Notes under the pieces: generated by a model | What the model saw: the letters and a program-made list of their open reading frames with translations, nothing else | The model's database searches: none | Told to the model about the DNA's origin: nothing | Assembly: GCF_009914755.1 (NCBI RefSeq) | Contig: NC_060933.1 | DNA from: the human T2T-CHM13v2.0 reference genome, Homo sapiens | DNA length: 64,000 nucleotides | Strand: one strand, 5' to 3' | Made by a program: the position numbers and the translations under genes | In this document: positions 55,041 through 64,000 of the stretch, piece by piece | Numbering within the stretch: position 1 is the stretch's first letter | Layout: every line of letters begins with the position of its first letter

Positions 55041-55399
55041 TTTAGGATAAATAAAAGTATAGAAAAAAATTAGGAAAATAAAGTACATCTATCTCTACTT
55101 TTGAGGTAATTAAATTTTTGATTGAAGAATGTGTCATCAGTGTAAAAGAATCATGCATTCTTACAAATTGTACTTGTGTTCCAGTGCTACTGTTATTCCA
55201 TTTGTAGGTTGGGAGGAAAATTTTATGTTCAAATGCTGTGATAAGCATTTCTAGTCTTGTCTTTACTTTGACCCATTTCTAAATGCTTTTAACAAAAAAT
55301 AATGATATGCCTTCACATATAATGCCTTTCTTCAAGCTCCTGAAGGTCTTTTCTTAATTGATATGTATCTGATACCATTAAGCAAAATGGTCTTTTTAA

Positions 55400-55665
55400 T
55401 TTTTTTTTTTTTTTATGAAGTCTTGCTCTGTTGCCCAGGCTGGAGTGCAAGGACAATATCTCAGCTCATTGCAGCATCTGCCTCACAGGTTCAAGCGATT
55501 CTTCTGCCTCAGCCTCCTGAGTAGCTGGGACTAATTTTTGCATTTTTAGTAGAGATGATGTTTCACCGTATTGACCAGGTTGGTCTCGAACTCCTGACCT
55601 CGTGATCCGCCCACCTCGGTCTCCCAACGTGCTGGGATTGCAGGTGTGAGCCACCGCACCCAGCC
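55400..55665 (-). mobile_element. AluSg-like with internal deletion
   Basis: TSD gcaaaatggtc; junction gggactaatttt (microhomology cta). Confidence 0.9.
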
Positions 55666-56513
55666 GCAAAATGGTCATTTAGTCCACATTTGCAGAAATA
55701 TATATATTAAGGTAAGACAGGAGTAGAGATTGCAATGTATTCTGTACTAAATTATCTGCTGTGGTGCAGTGTTACGCAGATTTCTTCAATTTTGCATGGA
55801 GTCATACTGTCTTCATGCATACTTCAGTCTCAGAACTGTCTTTTCTTTAAATAATGCAGTGAAAAAATTAAATAATTAAAGTTGCAGGCAAGAAGTATCA
55901 AAGACTTTAAACAGAAAAAAAGGGGAAGAGTAAAAGAAGAGAAATGAACACTTTAGTCGTCTCCTATTTAAAGAGAAAACCTCATGAATGAAACCTGAAG
56001 GGATGGGAGCAATGGCCATTCTTTGTCAGAAGGGAAATTGGTGATCTTCGTTGACTGTCTCATTTGAGTAGCACCTCTGGTATTATCAACTAGATTGCAG
56101 TGTTTCAAGCAAATTTTAAGTTATAAAACTGTCGTTCAGAATGCCTAAATTTATTGGAAACATACTCCTGATCTCTGGTTACTATAGAAGCTTAAAGCTG
56201 CATTTTGGAGAACCTCTTGGCAGACAATGTCAGACAAAAATCTTTGCATGGAAGGCTTATAGTAATAGCATTTTCCTGCTCAAGCCAATATATTGACGAC
56301 TAGGAGATTATTTTGAATGGATTTTAAACATCTCAGGGAACAGAGCAACCTCTCCAGGTCCCTTTCAACTGTTCTCTAATCAACAGTCCAAACCTTCACA
56401 CCATGCTCAGAATTGACTTCTAAGCTTAAGGGAAAACACAAAGTCATAAAGATTCTCTCTGGTTGAAGAGGGATTCCTTGGTACTTTTCAACCTGGAAAG
56501 TTGGAGAATGGTT

Positions 56514-57264
56514 TGTTAAATTAAGTTTAGCCTAATTCTGCATCCTTATATATTTTAGGTTTGGCCTAAAGGTTTCTGCATACATAGTGAACTGTCAGCT
56601 AACTGGATGTGTAAACAGGCTGCAACCTACTCTTGTAACAAGTAGCTGAGTCTCAGCCAGTCATGGCAGCCAGTTTCAGTCAATCACGAGCAGCCAACTG
56701 TTCAAACCTATTCAAGGAAAGCAAACACTGAGCTGTAGGCAATCCAGTTGTTTCTGTACCTCACTTCCATTTTCTATACATCACTTTCCTTTTCTGTCCA
56801 TAAATCCTATCCAACCGGCTGGGTGCAATGGCTTACACCCGTAATCCCAGCACTTTGGGAGGCTGAGGCGGGTGCATCACCTGAGGTAGGGGGTTTGAGG
56901 CCAGCCTGACAAACATGGAGAAATCCTGTCTCTACTAAAAATACAAAAAATTAGCCAGGTGTGGTGGAGTGTGCCTGTAATCCCAGCTACTCAGGAGGCT
57001 GAGGCAGGAGAATCGCTTGAACCCGGGAGGCGGAGGTTGTGGTGAGCCAAGATCGCACATTGCACTCCAGCCTGGGAACAAGAGTGAAACTCTGTCTCAA
57101 AAAATACAAATGAAAATAAAAATAAAAATAAATCCTATCCAACCAGTGTGGCAGTCCCGGAGTCCCTCCCAATCTATTCTGGTTTTGGGGACTGCCCAAT
57201 TTGAGAATCATTCTTTGTTCAGTTAAACTCTGTTACATTTAATTTGTCTAAAGTTTTACTTTTA
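56514..57264 (+). mobile_element. MER57-family ERV1 LTR split by an Alu
   Basis: tgttaaattaagtttagcctaa...ttaatttgtctaaagtttt. Confidence 0.8.
56817..57127 (+). mobile_element. AluSp
   Basis: 17-bp TSD ataaatcctatccaacc; catggagaaa. Confidence 0.94.
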
Positions 57265-57282
57265 GTTTAAAGTTATAAAAAG

Positions 57283-57584
<302 letters not shown>

Positions 57585-57823
57585 AAAGGTATAAAAAGTA
57601 CCTAAAATCTCAAGATTCTTAATAAAGGGCACTGAGAAGTCTACCAAGTATTAGAATCATGATATTTTCACTCTATTCAAACTCAGCTCCCAGCCCATTC
57701 TTTCAAGTTTATCTCAAGCTCTATTTCCTCCATGAAATTGCCTAGACCACTCCAGCAGCACTACATCGCTTCACCTCTCTCTTAATGTCAGCACTTGACG
57801 TCAACAGTTAAACAAATTAGATA

Positions 57824-59190
<1,367 letters not shown>

Positions 59191-59564
59191 TAAAAATCAA
59201 TTCAAGGGTTTCACCCAATAGCTTAAAGCTTTGTGAAAAATGTGAATTTTATATTAGTCATTGATCATAGCACCCAGCTAGTATTGGCTGACTGACTGAC
59301 AGATGGATAGACAGATGGATGGGTGGACAGATGGAGGCAGCAAGATTAGCAGACAGGGCCGTAGATTCAGGGAACGTGGTCAGGGCTGAGACAAGATGTG
59401 ATTCAGTTCACAATATTTATTGGCCCACTTCACTTGTTTAAATTACCTGTCTGGTCTCTCTAGAATTTGAGGCTGCAAACTATTATCTAATTTTTGGAAC
59501 CTGAGAGACCTGAAGGTTTTGAATTCATCCTAAGGAAAAAAAATTAAAACACACACAACCTTTA

Positions 59565-59870
59565 CTCATGAAGACATTCTCTGCCGTATTATATACACAA
59601 TAATAAATTGGAAACAATTTACATATCTTACAATAGAGTTTAGTAAATTATGATACATCAACCCAATGGCGTATGGTCATCAAAATGATAATTACAAAGA
59701 CCATGGAGACATATTTATAGCATATATTACTTCAAAAATGCAGAATATAAAAGTGTATCTGTGGTAAGTTTATAACTTAATAAATATATGTTTGTTTTCA
59801 GACCAATACTAGAAAAGAGTACATATATATGAAAATCGTTATTTTTCAGCAGTGAAAAGAAATATCACTA
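59565..59870 (+). mobile_element. Old L1M 3' fragment
   Basis: aaattggaaacaat...gtaaattatgatacatc. Confidence 0.45.
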
Positions 59871-60194
59871 CATTTCTCCTTTTCTCAAACTGTTTTAATT
59901 TTTTTATTATTCATTCCAGTGAAGATCAGAGTGTTGAAAGACAACCTGTGATGAATATACAGATGGATAGAAAACTTGGAGCAACGGAAGTGTTGGAAGA
60001 AAAATGGGGCTAATGTAGGCTAAAGAAATTAAATTTGCCATAAATCTTCCGTTAAAGCTTCTAAACCATAATGAATTTTCCTTGTGGCATCTGCCACCTG
60101 AATCCTTCCATTTATGTCTGCATGAACCTTTTTCTGTGTGTCTCAAAGTTCTACCGACTATTATGTGTGTTGGGGATGTGCCTGTGTGTGCCTG

Positions 60195-60198
<4 letters not shown>

Positions 60199-60239
<41 letters not shown>

Positions 60240-60257
60240 TAGTGGTGGTGGTGGTGG
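60199..60257. repeat. (TG)n followed by (GGT)n
   Basis: Read directly. Confidence 0.95.
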
Positions 60258-60767
60258 AGATGGTGGGGAGGATCCAATTCTTAAAATGCACCTTTTGTCA
60301 TCATGTAAGAATAGCTCTGATAATAGAAACCACTCATAAAATAAACATGTTACTGGGAATCTTAAGAGAATTCTTTGTAAGAGTGTCTATTGTAATGAAT
60401 TCCAACAGACTTTGCTATTGTTTCTCATAAAGCTACTGGAATTTCATCACAATCAGCATATTGCAATTAATTGCATCCACAGTTTGTCGGACCTGGATAA
60501 TTAGCAAGTGAAAAGAAAACCTCTGAATTCGGTCAGGACAGGAGAAAAGCATTTTAGACACAATGAATCAAACATTCACTTTCATCCTACAAATGTCTGG
60601 GTAGTGTTGATTTGGATATTCGTCTAGGGACAGAGCTGAGGAATGACTGAACTTTGAGGTGAAGAGAGATGAGAGGAGGAGGTGAAAAGTAACTGCTGCT
60701 CGCTGACAGACCCAGGAAGCCCTGAAGAAAGGCTCTCAGCTTTGAATCCTCCAGTCCTTCCTCCTCA

Positions 60768-61223
<456 letters not shown>

Positions 61224-63077
61224 TCAGAAAACTTGAGTTCCAGTTCAAGCCCCATCACTCACTACTGGTGTGCAGCTGAACGAATCATTTCACTGTCGAC
61301 TTCTCATATTTGTAACCTGATATTGATAGCTATGACAGTGTTAAAATAATCACAATGTCTCTACTTATTTGGCATGTCACTGTGAGAAGTAAATATGATG
61401 AAAAGCTGAAAGTATTTTGTAAAGTCTATATAAATGCTGTATCAGTGCTCTGTCAGTGTTAGTCATCAAGATCACTCTGGGTCATTATTTAACCAATCAG
61501 TGTGACAGGGTTTACTTTCGCCCTTCCTATGCAGATTCATCAATTTCCTCTTTTCATTTGATCCAGATGTTTTCAGGGAAATTTACTTTGAATTTGTAGA
61601 AAGGAAAAGGCCTGTTCCCACCCAGACTCCATTTAGCAGAGAGTTTATCATTAAACATGCAGAGAACATGACTAACACAGGAGAATTGCTGCATTCTAGG
61701 CCCAATGTAAGTAAAAGAGCTATTGGATAATAGAATATTGATCAGATAATTTGTTTCAGAGTCATTAGTTTCCACACGTAGCTGAACCACTTCTGGAACC
61801 TCACATCTCTCAAATCATGAGAATCAATCTGCTAAACCCGGAGCTCCCCACACATACACTTGAGCAGAAAAAGTGTTTTCTAAAGTGTCCAGGGTATTAA
61901 ATATAAAATCAATTTTTTCATTTAGCCAATGCTGTGGCCTTAAGTATATCACTGACCTTTAGGTGGTCAGCTTTTTACCTGTAAGTGTAACTTTTCTTTT
62001 CTATCAAGCATCTAGCATCTAGCTCCTTTGAGCCTAGAAGTCTCAACTACTGTCATCCCTTAAGATTTTATTTTCTAATAATTCATAGCCCAGTTTTATA
62101 GAATGTCATGGTTTTTCATTGCTGACATTTACGACAAAATTCTTTTCATTTTTTATTTTGCTGCCAAAATGTGAACATGCAAATATCCTATGAATTTGCC
62201 AACTTGTATCTGTATGGACACACAAAAAAATGTACGACAAAGACTAGAATAAGAAATGATTAATGATACTGAATATATTGCCTGTTCTTTCCACATAGCA
62301 TTCAATCTATGCTCACCTTTTATAGTTCAATATGCTGCCAGATCTCAAAACAATGCTCTAATTATTTTTAAATAAATAAAGAACCGTACTAGAGAAAGAT
62401 GTTCTCCTCACTCAAACCCTAACTATGAGGCACAGTATGTTCATAGAACTTGGTCTCATTTTCTCAGAGAAGGCAATATTTAGCATTCATACAACAAATG
62501 TGTGTTATAGTATTATTTAGCACTTCTGCAACATAGGCTTTCACTGTTCATATCTGGAGAAAATTGAAGAGGAGCTTGCCTTAAGTTCTCCAGTGATTTA
62601 GTAGACTTAGTTGCTGAATTTCTGGAAAAGCTAACTAAGTCATAGGATTTAAAAGGGTAGCATTTGCCAGAGTTCAAACTGGGGTCTGTGTTTTCTTTAT
62701 GCAGTATCTGTTTTTGAGACATCACAGGGAACTTGTAAACACAGAGCCAGGGAAGTCTTACGCTTTTTAAATTTGAAAGCTTCTAAGCTTTCTGCTGAAC
62801 TGTATTCCACCAATCTTTAGAAAAATAAAATTTTATTGATAAATTATTTCTACGTGTAGGGTAACCTTTTTGAAAATAGAACATTGCTGCCACTCTAGAT
62901 ACATAATACAGAAGGATATTTGCTGCTCATTGGTATAAGTTGAACCTGAACTCATTTTCTTCCAGGAAAATGATTGCAGTGAGGTCTGGCTCTGAAAAGT
63001 CTTACTGATAAACACCTTTATCATGAATTGAAAGGTTAAGAGTTACAGAAGATGTCTGGTTTTTTATTTTTATTTTT

Positions 63078-63078
<1 letters not shown>

Positions 63079-63120
<42 letters not shown>
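63079..63120. repeat. (GT)21 microsatellite
   Basis: Read directly. Confidence 0.95.
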
Positions 63121-63125
<5 letters not shown>

Positions 63126-63129
63126 CATA

Positions 63130-63451
63130 CAGACCATCCCTGACTTACAATGGTTTGACTCATGGTTTTTTGACTTTACGAGTGTGTGAAACCATCATAA
63201 TTTTGAGGCAACGTACAGTATTCAACATGTTCCATGAGATATTCTCTACTTTATTATAAAATAGGCTTTGTGTTAGATGATTATGTTCAACTGTAGACTA
63301 ATGTTAGTGTTCTGATCAGATTTAAGGTAGGCTAGACTAAGCCATGATATTTTAAAGTTTAGGGGTATTAAATGCAGTTGTGATTTATGGTATTTTCAAC
63401 TTACAATGGGTTTATTGGGATGTAAACCCATCATAAATTGGGGATCATCTG
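63130..63451. mobile_element. Tigger4 (Zombi) derivative
   Basis: TA-cagaccatccctgacttacaatgg...ccatcataaattggggatcatctg-TA. Confidence 0.85.
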
Positions 63452-63787
63452 TATTACTAAAATCTGAAGCAGGGGCAGGGAAGATTGGTAGAGAGATGCC
63501 TAAACAATAGCTGCACAATGGCTGTGTAATAACTACATTTTGAATACACCATCGGAAGAATGAAGTTATGTCACACACAGGACGCAGTAGGTGATCTAGA
63601 CACATAGCTTCTGGAAACAATGGAATGTAATAAATGAAAGGATGTGCTTACACAGGGTATTTTCAAAATAATTTTATTATAATTTATCTTGCTTCATATT
63701 GACAAGTAAAATCATACTGAATATGTTTTGATTTAGAAAGCCTCATTGGGAATCAATGAATTAGATCTAGTCCTTGGAATCAAAAAA

Positions 63788-64000
63788 GTTTTTTTTGTTG
63801 TTGTTGTCGTTTTGGGATGGAGTCTCGCCCTGTCACCTAGGCTGGAGTGCAGTGGAGCAATCTTGGCTCACTGCAACCTCCGCCTCTGGGTTCAAGTGAT
63901 TCTTGTGCCTCAGCCTCCCGAGTAGCTGGGACTACAGGTATATGCCACCATGCCTGGCTAATTTTTGTATTTTTAGTAGAGATGGGGTTTCACCACATTG
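63788..64000 (-). mobile_element. AluS, cut by the window edge
   Basis: Right arm and linker present. Confidence 0.92.

Noticed and set aside
62951-63040. + strand acceptor ctcattttcttccag with a downstream GT
   Set aside because: All frames closed, weak donor, no other support

Overview
Primate (AluY-bearing, probably human/hominoid) repeat-rich, CpG-poor intergenic or intronic DNA. I recognise no protein-coding gene, CpG island or structural RNA gene; the ORF track is L1, Alu or LTR translation plus short chance ORFs. It opens with the 5' end of a disabled minus-strand L1PA7/8-like LINE (5'UTR, broken ORF1, start of ORF2). About 24 Alus follow, with solo LTRs (MER51, THE1 x2, MST, MLT1/2, LTR18, LTR40, MER57, LTR33-like), DNA transposons (Tigger3/4, MER58, MER33, MER3, MER5) and old L1M/HAL1, L2 and MIR fossils, several nested with readable target-site duplications (TSDs). 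The best sequence-level oddity is a multi-step template-switch scar in an Alu at 58818-58936: a palindromic 8-nt duplication, a 44-nt tandem duplication, and a 32-nt insert matching unique DNA 1.67 kb downstream. Also notable are an intact ORF0-like antisense ORF in the old L1, an octamer/CCAAT-dense LTR, and possible exon and 3'-end signals of a minus-strand transcript. Subfamily names come from recalled consensus sequences, not a database search. I see no convincing new biological system.
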